DNA of 64,000 bases, taken from positions 34,658,001 to 34,722,000 of the forward strand of contig OX597818.1 in the NCBI GenBank assembly GCA_951406725.2, in the 5' to 3' direction. The notes beneath the pieces were generated by a model. It worked only from the letters and a program-made list of their open reading frames with translations. It did not search any database and had not been told where the DNA came from. The stretch is from Octopus vulgaris. Taxonomy: Eukaryota. Position 1 is the first letter of the stretch, and each line of letters opens with the position of its first letter. Of the stretch, positions 1-11,439 are shown in pieces. A program made the position numbers and the translations under genes.

Positions 1-339
1 TTGCATGCTAATTCAATGAATAAGTGATCCAGAATTGATGGTGGTGGGACCAGTACATCACTTACATGTATTGTTTCTAACCATAAATTTATTTTTGTTG
101 TTGGCTCAAGATTTATCCTATGGAAGCAGGATTCCTCAAAACTGGCTGTGCTCATACCACCTCCACTCAGGCACTCCTAACTCTTGTCTCGCTTCTACAT
201 GTTACTTATCTTGTGTCAATCCCTCCCAAACCCTGCACTAGCCACTTCACAAAGTCCTTCTTCTTCAGAACGTTACTCTAGACTTTCCTCTCTGCATATA
301 TTTCTTCTGCATCTGTTGGATTGTAACTGCTCAAGAGAA

Positions 340-2210
340 AAATTAGCAAATTAATCTCACTGGTTTTAGAGGCCTTGTGAAAGCCATAGATACAGCCTTT
401 TCTTCTAAACTAAACCAAGATAAAATGCCCCATGATGGAAGCATCAATTTCAGATATTTCTGTGACACTTTAAGAGCTGCATATACTGTACAACCCACAG
501 GCTTTAGGCTCATTTCTGTTGCTAAGTGCTAACAAATTAGTACTGTCAATATTGGACAAGGAAATGACCCTTGAAAGATAGATGGGAATGTTTCCATAAT
601 GACCTGAACTACCCCACTGTTGTCAATGAAGTTGTAATGGCTTACTTGTATGGTAGTAACATATCAGTTACTACTTTCCTACCTAGTATGAGATCTGTTC
701 AGTGGCAAGGCTCTTGGACATGATGCCATTGAAGATAAGATCTACATGATTGGTGATCCTTGCCCTGTCTCAAGCTCACTAAGTTTTCTATATCAGGAGA
801 ACATGCCACATGATTTAAAGAACACCCCAATAGTCAACCTGTGCTAGAAGGAAAATGCTTAGTTCTGCAATAACCACCAAGAATATTTTTGTTGTCAGTT
901 GCTGGGAAGAGCCTCACTTGAATAAAGTTGAACCAGCTGCTTGACCACTTAGGACAGGGCTTTGTGCCTGAGAGCCAGTACTGTTTTATAGAGGGCTGTA
1001 GTGCACTCAACAAGGTGTTTTGTTGCATGCCATTTAGAAGAAGTGTTGGGAGCAATAATTAAATTTTTACATGACTTTTATTGATCTTACAAAAGCATTT
1101 GGCTCTTGGTCTTGAAGGGTTTTGGAGAGACATGCCCAAGTAGAGATGCCTTGTCATGTGTATTGGCCAATTATGGTAATTTCTTGAGGGCCTGTATGCC
1201 AGGTTAATTGTTGATAGCAGCATTCTGAATCATACATGGTGGTTAAACAAGGTTGTGTGCAAGCACCAGCACTTTTCAGCATTAGGCTTTCAGTCATGCT
1301 GACTGATCTAATCCACAGTAGAGAGGATGTCACACTGATGCCGGGCTTTTCAAATTCTGGAAATTCCTAATTGCAATGAAGGAAGAAGAGAATATGTTAT
1401 GTGTATTCTTTACAGATGACCTTGCTCTGAATGCAGGCTCAGTTTGAGATGTAGCAGTGCTGCAAACAGGTTATTTTCTGCCTGTAGTCTCTTTGACATC
1501 CTCATGAGCACAAAGAAAACTGAAGTCATGTGACAACCAGCTGCTCACAAGAACTGTGCATCACTTACAATTACAGTCAGGGACCACACTCTACTAACTG
1601 CTGACAGGTTTACATAACTTGTGGTTAACTGTTTGACTTTAACCTTGAGGTTAATGTCAACTTTTCTGTGCATGTGTAGGTTAGATAGAATTTGTTGAGG
1701 TAGCACCCTCTCAAGAATCTTCTGGATAAACAATGAGATCAACATAAAAATTGCTAAAGCCAGTATTGCCTATAGCACTCATTGGTACAACATATGGGTA
1801 ATGATATGACTCATTCTCTAAACGAAGTCTACAGAGCCATTGTTCTGTCACTTTGACTGGAAGCCAGTGAGGCTTGAGCTATATACAGCAAGAATAGATT
1901 CTACTTCAAATGCTTGCACAAAACACTATGCATTTGTTAGTAGGACAAGGTCCCAAACAATGAGGTCTTCAGTTGCATGTTATTACCCAAAATCCATACT
2001 TTTATATGCAGAGCCAAGCCAGAATGAATGACAAATATCTGTCACATTTTTGCTACAAAGAATTGGCAAGGGGCCTCCCTAGAAGATTTCATTGATCCAG
2101 AGTTGTGGAAGAGCCTTGTTGCTAAGGGATCTACTTGGCATTCAAGTCAGAGAGTAGATGAGCTGAGCAAAAGAGGAATTAGAAAGTACAGATTTGCCAG
2201 GCATTGGTAA
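340..2210 (+). mobile_element. Decayed RTE-clade (BovB-like) LINE, reverse transcriptase region to 3' end
   Basis: Broken-frame motifs occur in the expected order: FSGKALGHDAI (~697), IFLLSVAGK (~883), VPESQ (~964), FYMTFIDLTKAF (~1065), KQGCVQAPALFS (~1247), FTDDLAL (~1408, YADD-equivalent). Many stops and frameshifts. Confidence 0.85.
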
Positions 2211-2599
2211 AAAAAAAAAAAAGCACTTAACAGTCATTACTAGATGCCCCCATCAATGATATGCTTATCATCTGCTAAATATCCTGCTAAGCCAAATTTT
2301 GTGCAAATTGTACTCTTCTAGCTGAAAAAAAATACTATATTACTATGCTTAAAAAGAATGTAGTGGTTGTAGTTGAAATGCCTTTGATAACAGGACTACT
2401 TAGAAAGGTTGAACACAAAAAACAACTGTTTAGTGTGACCTGGTACTAAACAATAACATTGACCATGCATTGTGTTTTGCTTTAATAGTCTTGATGAAGA
2501 AACTGATACTACTCCACTTCAGTGCTATGAAATAGAACTTCATTGACATTTGATAGGATGTCTTGTTAAAAAGCGATTGTAATAACATTTTACATTCAG

Positions 2600-2672
2600 A
2601 ACCATAGAAATCATGCTGTATTTTGTCAGCTATATGAAACAGCTACAAAACTGAGAATTACACATTTTGCCT
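2600..2672 (+). other. Possible 73-nt exon
   Basis: ttttacattcAG acceptor and a GTAAGT donor at 2673; one frame is open (NHRNHAVFCQLYETATKLRITHFA). The polypyrimidine tract is weak and I recognise no homology. Confidence 0.25.
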
Positions 2673-3317
2673 GTAAGTAAGTTTCTAAATTAAATTGAGT
2701 GATTATTTTCTATCTTTTTAATTAGTTTCATTGAAAAATGTAATGAAATTGTTCGAAATGTCTCTTGGAATGTCTTAGGGTATAAAACCATGTTACATAA
2801 AAAGAAAAAAAAATTACTTTTAATAGGAAAACATTTCGAGATGTTTTGGTTGAATTAAGCAAGATTAAAACTAATTTACATGCATTCTATATCAACAATA
2901 CAATTAGTTAAAGAAACACTAATTATTACATCTTCTCCACACCTCTACATTGGACTTCTTTACATTTTAGTAGACTGGATGATTACAAAGTATGTGTCTT
3001 CTCGTAAATGATAACATTGTTAGCATATTGTAGATCTTGTAAGTAATAAGGTTGCACATTATCAATTCCGCTTGTTTTCTCAAATGATTACTTACAAGCT
3101 TGTCCTACTGCTGTCTTTTTTCTTCTTTAGATGGGTTTTCGTACTTTTGGTGTAAATTAGCCATAAATTACGCATACCTCAACAATGTAATATAATTATA
3201 TTGAATAATTTGTCTAGAAATTTTACTTTTAAGGAGCAATCAAAGCATGACAAAATCTTGTATAAGAAATAATTTAATGTTGTGAAATAGTGAAAAAAAA
3301 AAATGGTAAAAAAGTTA

Positions 3318-3510
3318 TTTAGCCCAGGTCAGCTCTAATTAAGCGGACCTATGATCAAAGGTATTCCAGTCATGAACATGCTATTTCTTGGCCTATGCAC
3401 ACCGGACCTAGGACTACATTATCCAACTGGTCCTTCCTTCCTAAAATGATAGGGTATGATTTCAGATTTGGCTGCTATTTCTAACAGGTTGAGTGACCTT
3501 GTACAGGCTC
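3318..3510. repeat. Unclassified interspersed (SINE-like) repeat
   Basis: tttagcccaggtcagctct...cctatgatcaaagg...gatttggctgctatttct. Similar degenerate copies lie at ~29545-29700 and ~62090-62480. Confidence 0.5.
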
Positions 3511-4650
3511 CTGAGAATAAATGCATATTGCCTGATAAGCCTAAATAAAGTATGTAGATTGCCATTTTCAGAAAGTATTGTAATATACTGTGAGTGTTAA
3601 AGTTCAATGAATGTTATCAGAATTAAACAGGATAAGGTTTATATATGAAAAAAAAATTGCTCATGATAATATCTATAGAAACTGATTTGTTGAGGTTTAA
3701 ATTAAAAAATGGTACTATTAATGAATATCTGTCTTCATTAATAAGATGCACTTGTTTGATAGTTACTGAAGTAAATTGATTCAAAGAAACACCAAGGATT
3801 TTAATTAATATTATCCAGCTTGTGCTGTGTGGACTTGAGGTAGGAGTAAACAATTTTGTTCTTATTAACAAACTGTGAACTAAAGTATCATTACTTAAAT
3901 ATTTCACTTACTAATTTCAACTTAGGTGTAGTTTTTTTCTACTATCATCATTTGAAGCCATTCATTATTACCTATCTCTTTTCTTCTATTATAATTTATT
4001 TGTAAATATTTTTTCATCTGCATATTTTTCACCTTTTTTTTCCTTCTGTTTAAGTTTCCATTTCTACAGATCTAATGTTTTATAGTCTATAATATTTGTG
4101 CTTATAATTACTTACTATGATCTATTTCATTTTACTCCCTTAGCATTTTCTATTTTCTTTCATCTCACAGTATAGTGTCTGTAATCTCCAACTGTCTTTC
4201 TTTCACTTATCTATGTGAAGCATATATATTTAGTTTTTCTCACCACTCCATTATATCTGATATCTTTCTCAGTGGTCAAGATCACGAGTGTGAAGTGTAT
4301 GTGCAATGATACAGATAGAATACTGTTAAGTGATAACAACTTAAGATTGTGTGTGTATATATTATTTTTATACATAAAAAAAAAAAAAAAAAAACTTGCG
4401 TTAGTTGCAGCAGAAAAAATTTGCCTTACAGCTAAAATGTAACCATGCTGGAGGAAATAGAAAACAAATAGTTTCAAATCTTAAATAGATGCTTTTAGTA
4501 ATTACTTCATTTTGATTCAGTTGACAGGCAGTTTTCTCCAAAATTTTTATCTATGGCAAAAGTGTAACTATTTTATCTAATATACATGCTTCGAACAGCT
4601 TTAGATTTGAAAATGTTCCTGTACTTTGATAAGTTTTCAGAATTATTGGG

Positions 4651-5810
4651 GCAGCTGAGAAATTTCTTAAGTGTACTATTTTCAGTATCCTCTAAAAAAA
4701 ACTACAGAGGATGCATTTTAACTTGAGACATCTGCTTCTAATTATATCCTAATCTGGGTCAACATGTGAATTCCCATGAGAATTAGGTGATAATAATGAT
4801 TTCTAGCATTATCACAAGGCCACATATTAGGGAGGAGGTAACAGCTGATTAAATTGATCCCTGTAATTGTGTACCACTATTTTATTGAAGGATTTGAACT
4901 GAGAACATAAAGGTATCTAACTAAATACTACAAGGCATTTTGCCTGTCTTTGTACCGGTTATGCTGTGTGTTGTAACCAGGAAATAGCATGATAATAATG
5001 ATAATTTTTAGCATAGGTACATTGTTGTCATCATCATCATCTTTTAACATCCAGTCTTTTATAATGTCATAAATTGGATAACTTAATCGAGACAGTATTC
5101 TTTGGTTGGATGCCCTTCCTGTTGTCAAAACAGTGTCCAGTGAAGACATGTGCAAATAAACATTTATGCACACATACACACACATATACATACATACATA
5201 AACACACACATATGCATATATATGATGGGGTACACGGTCAGATGAATCTTGAAACCACTCAGTTACAATGTAAAATTTGTTAACGCACTGTTGATTATAT
5301 TGACACCAGTACCTGAACTGGTACTTTATTTTATTGATTCCAGAACGATAAAAGACTAAGTTGACCTTGAATTCAAGATCTGAACACAGAAAGCAAAGGG
5401 TCATAGCTAAATACTATAAGACATTTTATCCAATGCTTTAATGCTCTTACCAGTCTTCTGCCAACAGTAATAATTTACTGATACTACTAAGATTTATAGA
5501 GGAGGCTTTATAAAAAATTTTAAAGTGCTTACTTTTCCCAAGAGAGAAAAGTAAATAGAATATTCTTTACTAAGAATCAAATTGCAAAACTGTAGTACCT
5601 GAACACTTATTTGTCAGAGTAATGGAAGTAATTGATAATACTATTATGGATTAGGTTATTTTCACGTTAGCATAAAGCCAAAGATATTTTTTAGGAAAGG
5701 AATGAATAAAGAATTATGATATTGAAACCTTTTAAGAGATTTTGATAATGTACTTATAGTGATAGGTCTCTAACCATGTACTGAAACCGGGGTACAGAAT
5801 GGAATCTCTG
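4651..5810 (+). repeat. Old tandem segmental duplication, copy 1
   Basis: Collinear blocks shared with 7640-9010, e.g. ttaacttgagacatctg, tctgggtcaacatgtgaattc, ttacttttccca, taagaatcaaatt, tgatattgaaacct, ctgaaacc. Confidence 0.8.
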
Positions 5811-5889
5811 GATTTTATGTACAGAATGGAATCTCTGATTTTATTTCTACTCAATAAATATTACTGAAGAGAAAGGATCGTAGTCAATA

Positions 5890-6560
5890 AAATCCATTCC
5901 AGTATCTTCGCAGAAATGCAGACTCTGTGGAAAGAGTGTAGAAAATGTGACCCACTTGGTAAGTGGATGTGAGAGCCTTACACAAAAAGAATACAAGTGC
6001 CGCCATGATTAAGTGTATGTGTATCTTCATTGGCTCTTATGCTGTAAATACCAATATGAAGTAACAGAGAACTGGTATGAGTATGTACCAAGTAAAGTTA
6101 TGTAGGAGGATGGAAAAGTAACGATACTCTGGGACTATGATTTTCAGATGGATCGTGTAATTGAACACCGTCAGCCAGATATTGTCATATTGAATAAGAG
6201 AGATAAATACTGTCAGATCATTGATGTAGCCATACCAAATGACATGAATGTTGTGAGTAAAGAGGTTGAAAAAAATCACCAAGTACTTCGAATTGAAAGT
6301 GGAAATTGCAAGACTGTATGGAATGCAAGAAGGTAATGTAAAAGTGATACCAGTGCTGATCGAAGCGTTGGGCTCAATCCCATTGAAACTTCAAGACTTC
6401 TTAAGGCACTGGAAATCCCATGCAAGATTGATGTCTTGCAAAAAGCAGCCTTATTGGGCACAGCACACATCTTAAAGAAAGTATTATCTGTCTGAGGTCC
6501 TTGTTGGGACTTGAAAGATGACTAAAGACTCTGGTGAATTTTTACCAACACTGTGTTATG
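5890..6560 (+). mobile_element. 3' fragment of an R4/Dong-type non-LTR retrotransposon (CCHC knuckle plus restriction-like endonuclease)
   Basis: From 5917 reads CRLCGKSVENVTHLVSGC...RHD*V..YLHWLLC, then ILWDYDFQMDRVIEHRQPDIVIL...IIDVAIP...K(I)TKY...VKVIPVLIEALG. Stop at 6493-6495; frameshifted. Confidence 0.9.
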
Positions 6561-6589
6561 AAGGAATAATGATTATTCTAACATGTCCT

Positions 6590-6932
6590 TGCATTATAAC
6601 CACATGGTTTTGGATTCAGTCCTACCTTGGACAAGTGTCTTCTATTACAAGTCTTAGCCAACCAATGCCTTGTGAGTGAATTTGATGGATGGAAACTGTG
6701 TGGAAGCCTGTTGTGTATGTGTGTGTGCATGCCTGTGTGTTTGACTCCACTTTACCACTTGACGACTGGTCTTGATTTGTTTAAATCCCGGTAACTTAGC
6801 AGTTTGGCAAAAAAGACTGATAGAATAAGTACAGGATCTAAAATTAAGTAGTGGGGTTGATTTATTCAGATAAATCCTCCAAAGCAGTGCCCCAGCATGG
6901 CTGCAGTCCAGTGATTCAAACAAGTGAAAGGT
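6590..6932 (+). mobile_element. tRNA-derived SINE, family A
   Basis: Aligns to the full copies at 56003-56399 and 47589-48000: head remnant, internal (GT)n, tail gtgccccagcatggctgcagtc...aacaagt. Confidence 0.85.
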
Positions 6933-7109
6933 AAACAGTTCATACATAATGCTGTGGTTGTCGATGCTGTAAAAACATGTATGATGTATGCCAAGTTGCT
7001 TCAGTCAACCCTAGTACATGTCTGGCATTTGGTTTATTGACTCTGGCAGGAGGAAAGGCTAAGTCAACTCTAGTGGTGTTTGAACTTGGGACATCATGAT
7101 CGTGATCAT

Positions 7110-7420
7110 CATTATTGTCATCATCATCATCATCATCATTTAACGTCTGTTTCCTATGCTGGCATGGGTTGGACGGTTTGACAGGAGCTGATAAGTTGGA
7201 GAGCCACATCAGGCTCCAATTGTCTATTTTCACATGGTTTCCGCAGCTGCATCATCTTCTTAATGAAAACTACTTTATAGAGTGTACTGGATGCTTTTTA
7301 TGTTGCACCAGCACAGGAACTTATTATGTGGTGCCAGCATGGGTGCTTTTCACTTGGCACCAGCTTGGTTGCTTTTTATGTGATTCCCACACAGGTGCTT
7401 TATATGTGGCATCAGCATAT
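7110..7420 (-). mobile_element. RTE 3'-tail-related short element with an internal ~25-bp tandem expansion
   Basis: (CAT)n then ttaacgtctgtttcctatgctggcatgggttggacggtttgac, matching the RTE 3' end at 11440 and 26660. About five ggtgctttttatgtggcaccagca-like units at 7288-7417. Confidence 0.75.
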
Positions 7421-8154
7421 GTAACTAATATGACAAAATATTTTCTCTGTTATTTATTGTATTTACTGATCCTGCAATCTAGTGCTCTCTTAATAATAAC
7501 AAAAACCCAACTCAGATAAAGTTTTAATTAAATTTTGTGTCAAAAACACAGTTGTAACTGAATTTCTTGACACAAAAAAAAAAAAAGAAAAAGAAAAAGA
7601 AGTGAAGGTTATAACTGGATTCATTGCAAGAAATAAGATTAACTGAGAACTTCCTAAATGTACTTTCCAGTATTCTTTGAAAATGTCTACAGTGGATATG
7701 TTTTAACTTGAGACATCTGCCTCTAATTAGAATTCTATTCTGGGTCAACATGTGAATTCTTATGAGAACTGGGTGATGATAATGATTTCTAACACAGTTA
7801 TATCACTGTATGTAAAGGAGAGCACAGCCATTAACATTTACCTCAATATTTGAGTGATTCCTACTTAATTCTTCCCCTTGAAGGATTTGAACTTAGAATT
7901 TAAAGGAATGTAACTAAATACCACAAATAAATTTGTCTGCTTCTCTCTGTCATTTACTGCCAAAGAAGTGATAGTAATAACAGTAATAACTTATTTATAG
8001 TTCGAAGATTTAGAAGGGATTATAACTGAAGAGAGAATATGAAAAATTCTGAAATAGTTACTTTTCCCAGGAGATGAAAATAAGTGGAACAATACCTAGT
8101 AAGAATCAAATTACAAACTCTGATAGCAAGGAACTTACTTGCCAGAATAATATT

Positions 8155-8581
8155 GGTTTCAAATTTTGGAACAAGGCCAGGAATTTTAGGGGAACGGATA
8201 AGTCAATTACTTTGACCCTAGTGTTTAATTTGTACTTATTTTTATCGACCCCCAAAAGATGAAAGGCAAAGTCAACCATGGCAGAAGTTGAACTCAGAAC
8301 ATAAAATGCTGCTAAGCATTTTGTCTGGTGTGCTAATGATTCTGCCAGCTTACTGCCTTTGCCAGAATAATATTGGTTTCAAATTTTGGCACTAAGCCAG
8401 CAATTTCAGGGAGGAGGCAAGTCAACGACATCAACCCTAGGGCTCAACTGTTACTTTATCAACCCTGAAAGAATGAAAGGCAAAGTTGACCTCAGCAGAA
8501 TTTGAACTCAAAACATAAAGACAGACAAAAGGCTGCTAGCACTTTGCCTGGTGTGCTAACAATTTTGCTAGCTCTCTGCCT
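8155..8581 (-). mobile_element. Two head-to-tail tRNA-derived SINEs, family B
   Basis: Two ~205-bp copies (…gaaaggcaaagt..acc..gcagaa.ttgaactca…) delimited by three identical 16-bp TTGCCAGAATAATATT motifs at 8139, 8359 and 8582. Confidence 0.9.
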
Positions 8582-8729
8582 TTGCCAGAATAATATTTAT
8601 AAACAATAAAACTTCTATGAATAATAATTTTCTTTTACAAACCCAAACCCAAAGATTTGTTTTTGGAAAAGAGTAATTGGAGAATTGTGATATTGAAACC
8701 TCTTTTGGATGTAGATAATAATTGTTTTT

Positions 8730-8940
8730 AATGTAGGCACATGGTCAGTAGTTTTTAGGGGAGGGTATTACTTGATACTGTTGATCCCAGTACTCAACTG
8801 TTACTTTATGTTATCTACTCTGAAAGGATGAAAAACAAAGTTGATCTTGGTGTGATATGAACCCATAATGTAAAGAGTTGGAAGAGATGCCACAAAGTAT
8901 TTTGTCCAATACTCTAACAATTCTGCCAATCCACTGTCCT
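8730..8940 (-). mobile_element. SINE family B
   Basis: Aligns to the copies at 8155-8581 (gatcccagtactcaactg, gaaaggatgaaaaacaaagttgatc). Confidence 0.8.
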
Positions 8941-9103
8941 AGGAGGAGGTTAGTAATGCAAATGAAGTGGTAGGTCTAGTCGAGTTCTGAAACCACGTTA
9001 CAGGGTTGAATTATCCAATAAAACAGGGATTTCAATTCCATTATGTAAGAGAGAAGATATTTAGACAATGTCTGGAATAATCTTTATAAACTCAGTGCAC
9101 ATG

Positions 9104-10270
9104 CACAGGTGTGGCTGTGTGGTAAAGACGCTTGCTTCCCAATCATGTGGACTTGTGTTCTGTTCCATTTTGTTGTACTGTGAGTAAGTATTGTAAGAAC
9201 AAATGTGTGAAAGGAGTGGTGACGAAGAATGACTCTTTTAATACACCGCACGATCGCTTACAATAAATGCAAAATGGATAAATGAGTACAAGTGCCAGTA
9301 GGAAAAGAAAGACACAACCGATAGAAGTTTTAAGAGAAGATTTTATTTAGGTGTTAATGTGTGTCTGTGTGTTCATGCGTGGTATGTACATATATAAATA
9401 ATAACAATAGACAGGCCGTCATGCATACATAATGTGTACGTGTGAACAAACAAGGGTGTATGCGTGTGAGATAAAATACAGAGCCAACAAGAGTCAACAA
9501 GAGGACGCTAGAAGAATGTTCTCGCATAATGAAGATAAATACCAGTTCGTAGTAAAGTACACAATAGTTGAAGCGCTGTAACAAGAAGTTGTGGCGAAGA
9601 ATTAGAGCTAGTTGAAGCACATGTCGTGTAAGAACTTGTGGCTACTATGCGGCTGCCGGTCAGTTGATACAAGATCTCGCAGGTTGTATTTGCTGTTAAC
9701 TATGGTGAAGTAATTCACAAACAGTGTGGAGATAGAACCTGGGTGTACGTAGAGAGATGTTGGCGATGGAGATGGAGGTCCTGGTACAGCTGGACGAAAT
9801 GTTGATGTTTCTCCATGTGGGCTGCCAGTGTTGTCTGTCACTGGAACTGGCTGTATGCTCTGTGATCAGTGGTTAGAAGGTCTAGAACCAAAGACCTCGA
9901 CTTGTTGAATCGCTGAAGTTTTTATAGCAAGCTAATGGCGCAGACGGAGATCCAGAAGAGACTGTCTCATGTGACCTTATCAGAAGGCTGAGATTGGTTG
10001 GGTTGCACATTGGCGCGTAACAGAGCAAGAGACAAACTGCATCAGTACCAACCAATTAGAGTAGTGGACACAACTGGGTCCAAGCAGCCGAAGGCTAGCT
10101 GTTATCTGCTACGTCCATATTTATGTTATATATAACAGAAAGAGAGAATTTCACAAAGTGTCTGCTACAGTGTCTTCTATTACAGCCCCCAAGCTGATTA
10201 AATCCTTGTGAGTGGATTTTGTAGACAGAAATTGAATGACGCATGCTGTGTGGGTGTGGTTGTGTAGACA
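9104..10270 (+). mobile_element. SINE family A split by an LTR insertion
   Basis: Head gtggctgtgtggtaa at ~9110 stops at 9191 and resumes exactly at 10170 (gtgtcttctattacagcc...ccttgtgagtggattttgtagac). Confidence 0.85.
9192..10169 (-). mobile_element. Probable solo LTR (978 bp), Ty3/Gypsy-like
   Basis: TGTA...TACA termini, 4-bp TSD GTAT/GTGT, higher GC and CpG than the flanks. On the minus strand: CCAAT (9993-9997), TATAAAA (9920-9926), AATAAA (9342-9347). Confidence 0.75.
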
Positions 10271-10457
10271 TTACATAATGGTAGTAAATGAGTATCATCA
10301 TCATTCAAGCGTATATCTAGCTATGAGAAAATATTACCTTGCTTAGAAACAGATGAGAGTTGGCAACAGAAAGGCCATCTTGCTATAGAAAATTTGCATC
10401 AACAAATTCCATCTGACCCATAGAAAAAATGGATATTAAATGATGGTTATGATGAGT

Positions 10458-10615
10458 GCCAGAAATAAGGTTATAAGTGAATTCATTGCCAGAAATAAGA
10501 GTGTAATTGAACTTTATGCCAGAAATAGCTTAATTCATGGCCAGATGTAAGATTATAACTCAACTTAATGCCAGAAGAAGATGATATCCAAACTCAGTGT
10601 TAGAAATAAGATAAT
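10458..10615 (+). repeat. Degenerate ~30-bp minisatellite, 6 units
   Basis: gccagaaataag-like cores at 10458, 10488, 10518, 10540, 10570 and 10599 (spacings 30, 30, 22, 30, 29). Confidence 0.75.
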
Positions 10616-11389
10616 AGATATAAAATCATAGTTATCCCATCCCAGTCACTCATTACTGCTTCAAAATTGATGGTCAGGTTGAATGATGAGCCTTGATGAA
10701 AAACAAAACAAAACAAACTACTCTCTGCATTTTAAACTAACTGCTTTAAGTTCATATTAAGCAGGTATACATACCTGTCATCATCATGTTTCTGTAAGTT
10801 CAGAGTTCTACTTTAAACACTGACCAATTTTCTTTCACTACTGGTCCTCTTACCTATGGCAAATCAACAGCTTCAGTAAATCTAATATTGCATCGGACTA
10901 TATTATAAAATTATAAAATGCAGGTATGTTTTTTGCCAAGTCATACAAACAGGGAGGGGAGATGAAGAAAAAATCTCACTTTTTCTCTCTTTTGCTCTCT
11001 CTCTCTCTCCCCTTCTCTCTCTCCCCTTCTCTCTCTCTCTCTCCCTCCCTCTCTCTCTTACACACACACACACGCATACAGAAAGAGAGATAAAGTTTAA
11101 ACTGAAGTTTTAAAGAATTAAGCAGAAGGGCTCTCCCCTACCAATAAAACAAAACAAAAGAGAAATTCACAGTGAAACCCTAAAAGATACAGAAACTGTC
11201 CAAGATGAAAGTTAACAGTTGCTCAGAAAATTTTGGCTGAAGGCAAAAATGATAATCTGAATTTAGCTCACAAGATCAATGACTTGACACTGTTAAAATG
11301 AAAAAGCTATTAAAATGAAATATTGAAACAAAGGGTTAACTTCAGCTGCGAGCCATATAAGCAACATAAAGAAACAATTGTCCACCTCA

Positions 11390-11400
11390 TTCATCATCAG

Positions 11401-11439
<39 letters not shown>

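Larger units (their letters stand above)
7640..9010 (+). repeat. Old tandem segmental duplication, copy 2 (interrupted by extra SINEs)
   Basis: Collinear with 4651-5810; carries additional SINE insertions at 8155-8581 and ~8730-8940. Confidence 0.8.

Noticed and set aside
10458-10615. CRISPR-like repeat/spacer appearance
   Set aside because: The core is only ~12 bp, the spacers resemble each other, the context is eukaryotic and there are no cas genes.
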